Under the pieces are notes generated by a model, which searched no databases, was not told the origin of the DNA, and saw only the letters and a list, made by a program, of their open reading frames with translations. Below are positions 1 to 12,468 of a stretch of 64,000 bases of DNA, piece after piece; within the stretch, counting starts at the first letter, position 1, and every line of letters begins with the position of its first letter. A program made the translations under genes and the position numbers. The stretch comes from Octopus bimaculoides (taxonomy: Eukaryota), in assembly GCF_001194135.2 (NCBI RefSeq), contig NC_068981.1, positions 168,101,371-168,165,370 on the forward strand, written 5' to 3'.

Positions 1-1919
1 CCGAATTAAATCGACCCACTTCCTACATCATTACTCCGAGTCAATGAGCCACTGTGGTCGCTCGACTGACATGAAACTGCAATCAATCTCCCTTAATCCA
101 TTCAATAACGTAGTCCTACATGTTCCTTAAAAGATTGGGTGGTCTTAGCTGGAATACCTTTGATTATTTGTCAACAGCGAACTACCTGCACACGAATGAA
201 ATCGATGCATCTTCTCACTTCCCACATCATCACTCAGAGTCAACGAGTCACTATGTTGTCGCATGCCCCTTGCTATAAACTATAGCCTAAATCTTTACAC
301 TACCAACTTAAGAAAGGAAAGACATTTAATAATGTAGTCCTACATGCACTCCTGAATGCCTTTGATCGTAAGCCTGCTCGTTTAGGGATGATCTGGGACT
401 AAACAACAATTAGAACAGTATCTTTCATGTATTATATTTCCAGACGGTGAACTAAACGTTTTTCTCAGTTGCTCCCCTTCATAGCAGCAGTCCTCTCTAG
501 AACAACTTCTTTGCTCGCATTTTCAGTAAAAGTTCCAGAGGAACATCATCTGCAGTGTTCTAATCAATCTCTCAGGGCTGTGACATGCAAATGTCTACAG
601 GAACTGCATCATTTTTTTCATACCATATGATTGCTTCTAACATCGACTCGTGTACTTTATTTTATCGACCATAAGGGAATTAAAAGACAAAGTTGACCTC
701 AATGGAAACTGAACTCAGTACATAAACAGCCGAAATAAATACTGCAAGGCATTTTATTCGACGCTCTGACGATTCTGCTATTCCACCGTCCGAAGCGGTG
801 TAACGTACGATAAAGGAAATGAATGACGTTCATGAAACAAATAGGAATATAGTTAACCAACTGTTGATTTCTCGCTACCGTACACACGACATAAACTTTT
901 TATAATGGCTTCTTTAGATTGGGATAAAAATTAAAAACAAAAGACTGAAGTCTGTCTCAAGCCGACAGAGATAAGTCCCAATTATACCGGAGCTTATTCT
1001 AGTTCCCGTCGCATTTAAGCAACTGTCAGCACAAGACTTCTTTCAGAAAATGATGCTAGTTCGTCGCAAAGTTAATCTGTCAGTTAGCACTGATATTCAT
1101 TTTTAGTTGAGTGAACTGAAGCAATATAAAATAAGTCCCTTATACAAGGGCACAGCATGTTGCCGAGCCCCTAAAACAGGATTCTGTGACGTTCATAACT
1201 TACCGAATAACATTCAGCAGTTTCCATTATCACCTAAAATCGAAACTGTATTTTCCTTTGATTTAATTAATCACCTTTTTAATTATAATTAGTAAACAAT
1301 AGTGTTGTTTATCACATGCTTCCAGGGGACTACTGCCTTTCTGGCGGTCAGATTGACAGGAGTACCCTATAATTCGCAGCTGAGCAAATATCGCAGGGAA
1401 CTTCGCTCACGAAGCACTGGTTTTTCGGTTTTCTCACCGATGTTTACATCGTTCGTTGATATATGTGTGTGTGTGTGTGTCCACAGTACTCGGGCTAGAG
1501 ATGATAAAATAATATACGACAGACTTCCGCACAATTTCCATCTCGTAAGGCATTAATCAACATGAGAATATGGCAGCCGTTTGTCTCGAAGGTACTGCGT
1601 AATAAAATGAAGCCCTGTAATAACTTGGTTGCCACCTGAACTTCTTAGCCACACGGCTATACCGCTTAGTCTTCTACGCTCTATTCATTATGGTTTAATA
1701 GCGCTGAACTTAATGCTTTTGAAGAGCATCTTGGGATAAAATAAAAGCATAAACAAATAGCAATTAAAATAATCATTCCGACTCCATTAATGACGCTAAC
1801 ACCAAGGAAGACATTTTAGATTTAGAATTAGAATAGATAATGACCTCACGCACATTTTCAGATAACTGATTGCGGAAAAGGAGACAGTTTAAATACTAAC
1901 CACACAACTCACTATTTCC

Positions 1920-1922
<3 letters not shown>

Positions 1923-2008
<86 letters not shown>
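1923..2008. repeat. (TC)n microsatellite, representative of many (TC, TG, TA, GATA, GACA, ATT, AGT, GTT arrays)
   Basis: Directly visible; e.g. also 13577-13670, 16921-16974, 24620-24695, 24833-24937. Confidence 0.95.
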
Positions 2009-2009
<1 letters not shown>

Positions 2010-2294
2010 ATCAAAACTAACCCACGTATTCCTCTATTTTCTAAAAGCTTTCCTCAATCCGACAACTAAAGTTCACAAAGAAGTGGTTATATTTCGAACC
2101 TTTGTTTGATAAAATCTTTATTTTTTTTCAGATTTTGTTTTCAGCAACAAAGTGTTTATTTTATATTCTCGCTTTTTTTGTTGTTGTTGTTGTTGTTGTT
2201 ATTGTTACTATCAATTATTATTTATTTTGTTTTCTTTTTCGGATGTGTTTGTGTGTGTGTGGTTTGTGGTTTCATTATTATTATTGTTAATAAC

Positions 2295-2500
2295 AAGGCG
2301 GCGAGCTGGCAGAATTTTTACTGCGCCGGACAAAATGCTTAGCGGTGTTTCTTCCGACCTTACGCCAAGGTCGACTTTGCCGTTCATTCTTTCGGAGTCG
2401 ATAAAATAAGTACCAGATAAACACTAGGGTCGATGTAACCGACTTTCCCCTCCCCATATTCCTGGCCTCGTGCCAGAATTGGAAACAGTTATTATTATTG
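2295..2500 (+). mobile_element. SINE family A copy; others at about 12227-12435 (-), 12490-12695 (-), 18820-19000, 20405-20510, 34600-35350, 54672-54890 (-), 56690-56915 (-), 61710-61860
   Basis: Same head, core and (ATT)n tail as the array copies. Confidence 0.85.
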
Positions 2501-2715
2501 TTGCTGTTGTTATTGTTGTTGTTGATCATCTCCGGAACTGGACGTGTGTTTGTGCCTTGTTTTTCTTTTTAGAAGTCTGTTATTGTAGATTTTATAGTTC
2601 AACCCTGTATCTTAGTTGTTCGGAACAATAAAGAACTGATCGACTATTTTTGTTACTTGTCCTACGGGGCAAAATTTTAGAAGGAAATTTTCGAAACATG
2701 AAAAAAAATTTCAAA

Positions 2716-2774
2716 ATGGCGTCGTCTTCGTCGTCCGCTCAGCAAGAGAGGAAGTTGGGCGGAGGTTTTGAAAG
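2716..2774 (+). CDS. Candidate first coding exon of an unidentified gene: MASSSSSAQQERKLGGGFE
   Basis: CpG-rich patch, AAAATGGCG start context and possible donor AG|gttaaa (phase 2). No recognisable homology. Confidence 0.3.
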
Positions 2775-2994
2775 GTTAAACTGTCTTTTGCATTAATCTC
2801 CTACTATACAATACTACAGATGTAGTAGTAACTAAAAATGTATTATTTGCGTTGTATCAGTAGCAACAATAACAACAGCATCGACGATAAGAGGTAGCAA
2901 CAAGAAAAAAGATATGTCAAACAAAATTTAAGAAAGAAAAGTAGTAAAAAAAGAGGTGGAATACAAGTAATAACGTAAGAAAAAAAGAGAAAAA

Positions 2995-3030
<36 letters not shown>

Positions 3031-4047
3031 CAAAAGTAAGCAAGAAAAAAAGAAAGAATAAATATGTAAATAGAAAGGAAGAAAGAAAACGCAAATTGAG
3101 AACGAAAAAGGGAAATCGAGAAAGAAAGAAAGAAATGTAGAGAGCAAAGCAAATTAAGCGTTCAACGAAATGCCTTCTTGAGATTCATATAAAAAAATAT
3201 GGGCGACATCATTGTCAGATTCGAGGTGAACGGAGTCATGGCTAACGAATAAATTTCCTCTCGTGTATATAGGGGTTAAATGTGTTTGATTGGGCATTCA
3301 TATATAATGCTGGGATGTAATAGTTCTTGACTAGCTCAGCAAATCAGAGGTATTTAACCCTCTGTTGCAAGAGAAGAAATTTATTTTCCAATACTGGACG
3401 CATCTACTCTAAATCCGACATAATGCCGCCCAAATTTTCTTCTGCAGGCTCCATTAAGGTGACAAATCATTGAACGGCATAGTTTACTTTATTTATTTAT
3501 TTATTTAATTTTATTTTTCTTTCCTTCTTTCTTCCTATGTTAATTTGCGGAAGGCTTTTTTTTTTCTTTCCTGTATTGCTTTCTATTTAATTACTTTACT
3601 ACTTCGCTTGTTCTTCCGATCTTTCCTCTTTAATATCTTCCTTTCTTTTTTCTTTCTTACCAATGTTCTTTATCTTTTCTCTGGTTCGTCCTGTTTTATT
3701 CTATTCTATTTTCATTCGTTGTTCCTTGTACTGTGGCTTTATCTGTGGCTTTATCGAAAATTAATCATTTTTATTGTTTTATACATAAAAAAAAAGACAA
3801 GAGACTTTCCAGAATAATGCTCTCCATCCATTAACACAGTATTCACAAACAAAACTTCTTAATACAGCTTTCCTCTGAATCCTTGTAAGAAAAATAAACA
3901 CGGGTTAGAGTGTATCAGCACAATTAGCTAGGATCCATGGGATGTTTGCATTACCCTGATGAAAGGTTGTGGGGTCTTCTCAAATTGAAACTGACAATTG
4001 TAATATTCAGGTAGATAATATCCAGTTTCTGTCCGCAGACGCCATGA

Positions 4048-4233
4048 TTAATCGCTGACCAAACACCATTCAATTTTTTTTTCCGTGTTTTTCTCCTTGT
4101 TTTCTCCGTATTCTTTCCGTTGAAGAGCGTAGCTCGAAATGTTAAAGTCTTTCTGTATTCCCGAGCGTCAAATTAATACATCCTTTTGTTGTTTACACCG
4201 CCTGTCCTCGTCTGTTGTTGTTTTTTTTCGTAC
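4048..4233 (+). mobile_element. Interspersed repeat, probable Penelope-like terminal remnant (copy 1)
   Basis: Near-identical to 39340-39535. Contains TTGAAGAGCGTAGCTCGAAA, resembling PLE terminal motifs. Confidence 0.45.
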
Positions 4234-5773
4234 NNNNNNNNNNNNNNNNNNNNNNNNNNNNNNNNNNNNNNNNNNNNNNNNNNNNNNNNNNNNNNNNNNN
4301 NNNNNNNNNNNNNNNNNNNNNNNNNNNNNNNNNNNNNNNNNNNNNNNNNNNNNNNNNNNNNNNNNNNNNNNNNNNNNNNNNNNNNNNNNNNNNNNNNNNN
4401 NNNNNNNNNNNNNNNNNNNNNNNNNNNNNNNNNNNNNNNNNNNNNNNNNNNNNNNNNNNNNNNNNNNNNNNNNNNNNNNNNNNNNNNNNNNNNNNNNNNN
4501 NNNNNNNNNNNNNNNNNNNNNNNNNNNNNNNNNNNNNNNNNNNNNNNNNNNNNNNNNNNNNNNNNNNNNNNNNNNNNNNNNNNNNNNNNNNNNNNNNNNN
4601 NNNNNNNNNNNNNNNNNNNNNNNNNNNNNNNNNNNNNNNNNNNNNNNNNNNTATATATATATACACTCCTACACTCACACACACACACACACACACACAC
4701 ATATGTATTTAAATAATGAAGGCGGCAATATAAAACCAAAAAGGCAAAAAGGAAATATTCAGTTGTTACTAACTGTGACTGACGGTGCAGGGTAGCACCT
4801 ACGTTCCTAGAAATAAGAGTTAAAGACCTTTAGAGCTGCAAAGAAACACATGTCTATACACGGAAAGGGGAGATAACCGCCCTGCGGCAAGCGAGCAGAA
4901 TTTCCTACTCGAATAGTGCAAACCACTCCAAATCTTTGTTTTAGTGTCCGTGTGAATGGAGTTAGGACTGCCTTGCTTGCACTGGTATTGAGTCGTATGC
5001 TGTATAATAATGAAGTTGTACTAAGTAATGATATTTACAACGCATTTAAGACGCACGTTTCAGATAACTATGCAACGGATAAACAGGAATTTCATCTCTT
5101 ACGCGAAATCTTCATCAGTTAAAACATTTAGACAATTTTATGTTTTAACTAAGGAAGATTTTGCGTAAGAAATGGAGTTCCCTTGGTATCTATTGTGCAA
5201 TTATCTGAAACGCACATATCAAATGCATTTAAAATATCATTACTTAGGTTGACTTCATTATTATATGTCTATTTGTGTGTATGTATGTGTAGATATAAAT
5301 AAAAGCATACGTTACAGTCAATCTTACCAATCGGTTTTGCACCGGATATTAGATAATCGGACGATTATCTAGTACATACGCTCTTCGGGAAATTGTTGAA
5401 AAGAAAATCTGTTATTGGAAGTAAGGAAATATCACATCCGGTTTCTATGTGCTGTGAAAAAAGACGAAACGAAGTCACGCGAGAGAATCAAGAGCTGTGT
5501 TCCTCCTACCCCCACCTCACCCCAGGACGCACATGATGCAGGAAAAACGTGGTGGGATAATGTGTGGGAGGGGTTTTAAGGTATCGATACGTGCGCAGGG
5601 TGACATGTGTGTTGTGGGGTTTATTTTGAGGGAGATTAGAAAAATACCTAGACCTTTAACCCCATGTGTGAGTGCATATGCGTATGTGTCTGTGTATGGA
5701 TTTGTCAAAACTTTGTTAAGCCCTCGGGATGAGACGATGGAAGGACAGCTAGAGGAGGTCCTAGCTTTTATAA

Positions 5774-6227
5774 TCATAGGTTAGCAATGATGCACATTCC
5801 TTTGTGTGGGCATGATCGGAAAATTTCGCTGTTGCTATTTAGGTAGATATCCAGATGAAGAGAGTTTTTTTATAATTCTCTTCTCATTTAGGCATAGCCT
5901 GCATAGTCTGCTACAGTTCAGGCAAGGCTTGCACTTCTCCAATATTCTCCACTTCATGTTGTACAGCATGGCATTATCCTTCCAGGACCATATATGCTTA
6001 ATCAGGGCTGTGACATTGAGTCTCTCCGGGATATTAAAAGAGGACTTGTAGCTGTTAAACTTAGCCCTGAAAAAATCTTCTGTCGCGCCCAGCTATTTCC
6101 AAACGTTTGACTGTTCGCTGCAGTCCTTTGACGTCACCTCTGCCTCAGATACGACGGTCTTTGTGTTGCAGTGGGCGCTGAGGAGATATGTGGTATTACC
6201 TCAGCATGAGCATCTTGCCTCAGTCTC
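5774..6227 (-). mobile_element. Penelope-like element, degraded GIY-YIG endonuclease C-terminus
   Basis: Translation CSC*...HCNTKTVVSEAEVTS...*LGATEDFFRAKFNSYKSSF...TALIKHIWSWKD...WRILEKCKP...CRLCLNEK, then after a frameshift LNSNSEIFRSCPH. These are typical PLE endonuclease motifs; stops and frameshift present. Confidence 0.8.
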
Positions 6228-6765
6228 AGGTATGGACCTACTCACTATTTTCATTATACTCACATACATACAAATACACACGTATGCGTGTATGCGTTAT
6301 TGTGCATGCACTCTAACGGAGAAAGAGAGGGAGAGAGAGGAGGAGAGAGAGGAGGAGAGAGACGCATAGATTGAGAGAAGCAATCGTAAATATCCCATCA
6401 AAACCATTTTGACACGTATATCATATTAACACCGAATCGGAAACCTCAAGCCCTTCAACTCACCAAAACCACCCCCACTCTTGTAGATTCACTTCGGTAA
6501 TAAAACAGACAGATTTGGCCAGGAAATCTCGCCCCTGTTCTTTCACATTACACAAATACCAAACCACGTTCTTGCATATGCAAGGGAGACATAAGGTCTT
6601 TCATGTTAGATCTATCAGCGCTAATTGATATTTTATTGACTCTTCGTTGGACTTTTTCTGATTTAATTTTGTCAATGGACATGTGTACACCAATATCAAC
6701 ACTGCGATTATATTAATATGGAAAGTCTAGCTCAAACACACCAATTTGACTTCATGCACCGATAC

Positions 6766-6767
6766 AT

Positions 6768-6840
<73 letters not shown>

Positions 6841-6910
6841 CGGTGGCGGCAGTGGCGGCAGTGGCGGAGACGGCAGCGGCGGCAGCGACGGCAGCGGTTG
6901 CGACGGCGGC

Positions 6911-6971
<61 letters not shown>

Positions 6972-7050
6972 AAGGCGGCAGCACTGGCGGCGACAGCGGC
7001 GGCAGCGACGGAAGCAGCGGCAGAGACGCGGTGGCGGTGATGGTGGTGTT
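6766..7050. repeat. Compound trinucleotide repeat (AGT)n-(GGC/AGC/GAC)n-(AGT)n-(GGC...)n
   Basis: Directly visible; responsible for the low-complexity ORFs in several frames. Confidence 0.9.
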
Positions 7051-7396
7051 TAGCTTTAGATGAGCCTTGACCCAGAAAGCCATGATCAAAGATGTTCTAA
7101 CCGTGACCAACCAATCTTTTTGCCAAGTATAATTTATCTAGAACTACAATGTGCAATGTACCATATTTCTAATGGAGTAATATACTACTGTCTGAGGGAT
7201 ATTTTGCTATTATTTCTAACCGGTGGGTTGATGTATCTTCATGTTTGTAAGAGTCAATATATTTGTGTGTAAGTATGTTTGTTTATGTGTATGTGTGTAT
7301 GTGTATGTGTATTGTCTATGTTTGCAAGCATGTGTATTTGTTTGTATGTGTGCTTGTGTTTTTTCTACGTTTGTATGTGCTTGTTGGTGTACATGT

Positions 7397-8057
7397 GGAT
7401 CTAGTTTAAAACGGGGGCACCAGTATTTTCTTAACGAAACACTAACGAAACACTTTGAAACTTGGGACACTGGTAGAATGTGTCATATAAAACATCTTTT
7501 ACTCTTAGTCTTCTTAACAAAAAAAAGGAATTCGCAAGTTATTCCATGTTAAAGTTGTCGTATTTCTGTAATTTCAACCAATCACTGACGTCTATTCAGC
7601 TGAATAGAGTTACTGCTGGACGGTCATAAAAATGTTATTCCCTGTGACATATTTCATCCGGTTTAATCGTAATTTATACGCATATATTGTTTATATAATA
7701 AATTACGCTGTGCGTATCTATGTGTGTAACAATTTTAGAGTTCAGATTCTAGAGTTAGGGTTAGTTTTAGTGTTAGGGTTAGGGTTAACAGTCTAGTTAG
7801 GGTTAGGGTTAGGGTTAGGGGATTAATACGATATACACCGTTACAGCGCTAACTGTTTTCAACTGAATAGACGTCAGTGATTAGTAGAAATTATCGAAAT
7901 AAGACAATGTTTTACATGAAATAAATTCGAATACAAAAATTTTTTTCTGTTCTATAACACAAAATAGATAAGTATACGAAGTTTGAAAGTCTTTCGGTAC
8001 CAAAAACACTACATAAAACATTAATGAAAACCGGTGCCCCCGTTTTAAACTAGATCC
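7397..8057. mobile_element. Non-autonomous DNA transposon (Merlin-like MITE) with internal TTAGGG repeats
   Basis: Perfect 25-bp TIR GGATCTAGTTTAAAACGGGGGCACC. 8-bp TSD gtacatgt / gtacgtgt (1 mismatch). Homologous to 34793-35324. Confidence 0.85.
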
Positions 8058-8146
8058 GTACGTGTTTATGTGCGTGTATGTGTGTGTTATCTGTTGCGCG
8101 TATGTTTGTGCATATGTTTGTCTGTGTGCGTGTGTATTTGTATGTG

Positions 8147-8400
8147 GGTAATCTTCAAGTTTAGGGGGATAAAATAAATAAATAAAAATATTCGAGGGAA
8201 ATAACTGAACGACTTACCAGTATTATCCGTTTTCTTCTAGCTGTTTATAAATAAATCACATCCTAACCCTAACGTCAATCAAATCACGTGTTTGATTTAT
8301 TTATAAACAGAGATGTACGGAGAATACTGGTAAGACGTTCAGTTACTTCCCTTGAATATTTTTATTTATTTTTTTCATCCCCCTAAACATGAAGATTACC
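8147..8400. mobile_element. Near-palindromic 254-bp MITE
   Basis: GGTAATCTTC...GAAGATTACC termini with arms complementary over most of the length. Perfect 9-bp TSD ttgtatgtg (8138-8146, 8401-8409). Confidence 0.85.
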
Positions 8401-10129
8401 TTGTATGTGTACGCGTATGTGTGTGCGCGCCGTATGCGTCTTCATCATATGCGTATGTTGTGTATATGCGCCATGTGTGTGCGTGTGTGTGTGTATGTGT
8501 TCATGAGCATGTGTGTGTTCATGAACATGTGTGTGTATATATGTTTGTCTATGTTTGTATGTGTACGTGCGAGTGTATGTGGGTTGGTCAAATCTTTACG
8601 CATGTGTGTGTGTGCGTGGTTGCGTGTCTGTGTGTTTGTGTTTGTATGCGTGTGGGGGGGGGTATCAATTTATGAATGGTTGTACATGGATGAACCCATG
8701 CGAACGTGTCTAAGTGCCGAGGTGAATCAAAGTAACATTGCATTTAATTACGAGCATCTATGCGATTTACTGATGCGAGTGTGTGTAAGCGTACATGTGT
8801 ACATGTGTGTGCATGTGTAGCTGTGTATCTCTTTCTGTATATGTATGAATATTCGTGAGTCTGGGTGCGTAAGAGAGAGGGTTTGCATTTGAACAAATAC
8901 ATCAACATTTGGGGGATATACTTAGATATACGTAGATATATTTACGTGTACTTATATGTGCGCATGCGCTTTGCTTAATAAAACTGCGGAATATGACAGA
9001 GAAACAAATGTACTATTAATAATATGTATAAGCATATAATGTGCATGCATACTTATATAGATATTTGCCTCTAGCATTAGCAAATTAACAACCTTTTGCT
9101 TCATGTCTCCCGATAAAGATATTTGATATGCATCAAGATATGATGCTAATTTAAAATTATAATTGTCTTCAGTATATTTTAGCGCCTCGGATATAAAATA
9201 AATTAACTATATAACTGTTAGTCTATTTTAATAGAGACATTGATTCGCCTAATTAGTAATTTTGATTTTTCGCATATGAACAGTACAAAACGCTTCAATT
9301 ATATTTTACTTGTTTCGTTTATTTTTCTCTTTACGTTTGCGTTATGAAATAATAATACTACATGCTTCAATTAACCTTTTATTTGTTTCAGTAATTAGGC
9401 TGCGGCTATGCAGGAGCACCGCCTTGAAGAATTTGTTTGTTTTATTTACTCAAGTGCTTATTCTATCGATCTCTTTTGCCGGACCGCTAAGTTACGAGGA
9501 CGTAAGCTCACCAACACCGTCTATCACACACACACACACACATATACATCTACACAACGGGATTCTTTCAGTTTTCGTCTACAAAATCCACACACAATGC
9601 TTTGGTCATCCCGGGGCTATAGTAGAAGATACTTGTCCAAGGTGCCATACGGTGGGACTGAAGCCAGAACCATATAGTTGAGAAACAAACTTATTACCAC
9701 TCAGCCACGCGTACGCCTATAATAATTCGTTGAATTACAACTAAGTGCACAGGCCAATAGTTACTACAGATGGATTACACCGATTTTTTTTCCACGGTTG
9801 ATATATGCTAAGTTATTGTCAAAATAAACATTCGGTTGATATATCTCGGGTGATATAACATTCAGATTTATAGACGGTGAATCGATACGTTTTCTTTTAG
9901 CGTTAAAATTCTATTAGAATGTATAAAATTAGACGATTAAATAATCATTTTAATCGATAAGTTTTTCTAGCATTAAAATTCTATTAGGATGTATAAAATT
10001 GGGCAATTAAATAATCATGTAACAATTTGTGGAAACTTACTGATATATTAAATGCATGTTAATCTAGACTAACTGAATGATTCGTAAGTTCGTTTGTAAA
10101 CTTGCTTGTTTCTCTTTCTTCGAATATAT

Positions 10130-10634
10130 CAGAGGTGTAGCCAGGTTGTAGTAGGAACGAGTTTAACTCATTTCTCTTATATTACGCGAAATATTTCATT
10201 AGTTATAACATATGTAATTGTATTCTACCATTCATTATTTCATGTTTCAGTAACTATGCCATTACCAGTGTGTATAAACCTTACAACTACTAATATAGGT
10301 GTGACGTGAAAATGATGAAACTCCACGAGATCGTCCAGTGTCATGAGGTTATGACGTCAGGATTTGTTGTGGTTCTTCACATGTCAGCGGCCACCAATAC
10401 GTCATAGGAAATTAAGCTGACAGTTCAAAACCACAAGAGATTAGTCAATTAAAGTAATGACTCCAGAAAGTTCTTCCAAGGCCATGCGATAAACATAAAA
10501 AAAAAACAGATTCGACTTTTATCGCACAAGTGAACTAAAGAGTTTTCAAAAAATGTTGAAAAGCCGCCAATTTTGAAAAATGTGCTCGTCGGTGGCGGTG
10601 GAGTTCATTTATTTCCCTATTAGCTACGCCACTG
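10130..10634. mobile_element. Old non-autonomous DNA transposon, superfamily uncertain
   Basis: Imperfect TIR CAGAGGTGTAGCCA / TAGCTACGCCACTG. TSD not convincing. Confidence 0.4.
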
Positions 10635-10813
10635 GAACAAAATAGACCTCGTATTTTATTTGTCACCGATTATCTTCTAAAATATTATGTAAACAGCAAT
10701 GAAATTTTGTGGCTTTGGACTTAGATCAATATATGCCTTTTAATGTGAGGTATTGCTTATTCCATTATTAATTCTACCCTCTATCTAAACTAAATTTTAA
10801 CTTGATTTCCATA

Positions 10814-11095
10814 AGGTACGGTAACAATTCTCGGATCTTTGTGGCTTTCGTCACTGCTTACAATTTTGTTCCAGTTGTTTTCAAATTTGGTATTTGGATT
10901 AAGTTTTGTATACTAATTATGAAAATGAAATTCATTTTCCCTATAAATCCATAATTCAAACGTTATTAGCCTTTAAAATTTGCAAAATTTAGATATTTTA
11001 GCCAATCAGGAGCGAGTATTTTACACATCACCGTGACGAAAAGCTCTGTTTCCATAGTAACCAAAGATGCTGCGCATGCGCATAAGGAGGAAAAG
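10814..11095 (+). mobile_element. Non-coding end of the same Merlin-like family
   Basis: Similar to 17827-18060. Starts with GGTACGGTAACAATTCTCGG, a candidate GG-starting TIR; no matching right end found. Confidence 0.5.
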
Positions 11096-11852
11096 GAGAT
11101 ACTAGAAAGATAATCTTCTGAATTATACTCTTGTGTTTTTCTCCGTCACAACATATGAATGAGAAAAGGAGTGATAGATGAATAAGGATGAATAAGGATG
11201 ATGNNNNNNNNNNNNNNNNNNNNNNNNNNNNNNNNNNNNNNNNNNNNNNNNNNNNNNNNNNNNNNNNNNNNNNNNNNNNNNNNNNNNNNNNNNNNNNNNN
11301 NNNNNNNNNNNNNNNNNNNNNNNNNNNNNNNNNNNNNNNNNNNNNNNNNNNNNNNNNNNNNNNNNNNNNNNNNNNNNNNNNNNNNNNNNNNNNNNNNNNN
11401 NNNNNNNNNNNNNNNNNNNNNNNNNNNNNNNNNNNNNNNNNNNNNNNNNNNNNNNNNNNNNNNNNNNNNNNNNNNNNNNNNNNNNNNNNNNNNNNNNNNN
11501 NNNNNNNNNNNNNNNNNNNNNNNNNNNNNNNNNNNNNNNNNNNNNNNNNNNNNNNNNNNNNNNNNNNNNNNNNNNNNNNNNNNNNNNNNNNNNNNNNNNN
11601 NNNNNNNNNNNNNNNNNNNNNNNNNNNNNNNNNNNNNNNNNNNNNNNNNNNNNNNNNNNNNNNNNNNNNNNNNNNNNNNNNNNNNNNNNNNNNNNNNNNN
11701 NNNNNNNNNNNNNNNNNNNNNNNNNNNNNNNNNNNNNNNNNNNNNNNNNNNNNNNNNNNNNNNNNNNNNNNNNNNNNNNNNNNNNNNNNNNNNNNNNNNN
11801 NNNNNNNNNNNNNNNNNNNNNNNNNNNNNNTATATATATATATATATATATG

Positions 11853-11884
<32 letters not shown>

Positions 11885-12434
11885 TGTATATGTATATAAA
11901 CTACACACAGTCACACATAAATATATGTATGTGTGTGTGTCTTTGTGTATGAGTCTGTCCCCCACCACCGTTTGACAACAGGCATTGGTTTCTTTATACC
12001 CCTGTAACTTAGAGAGTTTCGACAAAAAGAAACTGAAAGAATAAGTTACCGGGTCCAAAGATAAGTATCGGGTCGGTTTATTCAGCGAAACCTCTCAAGA
12101 TTGTGCCCAAGCATGGTCGCAGTCCAAAGACAGACAAGTAAAAAATAAATTGCATTTTATGTACTGGACCTTTGTACTGAGGATGAAAATAGCTGCTATA
12201 ATCATATACGACCCCTAATAATCCTTTTTATCATAGGCACAAGGCCCGAAATTTGGTGGGAGGGTCTAGTTGATTACATCGACTCCAGTGTTTCAATAGT
12301 ACTTCATTTTTCGACCCTGAAAAGGCGAAGGGCAAAGTCAACCTCGGCGGATTTTGAACCCAAAACGTAACGGCAGACTAAATACCGGTAAGCATTTCGC
12401 CCGGCGTGCTAACGATTCTGCCAGCTCACTGCCT

Positions 12435-12468
<34 letters not shown>

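Noticed and set aside
4139-4795. Long ORFs spanning N runs (also about 11.1-12.0, 21.0-21.6, 23.3-23.9, 30.0-30.4, 41.4-42.1 and 57.0-57.4 kb)
   Set aside because: Length comes from X residues and microsatellites.
7755-7820. TTAGGG run as a true telomere or fusion site
   Set aside because: Short, degenerate and enclosed within a TIR/TSD-bounded element.
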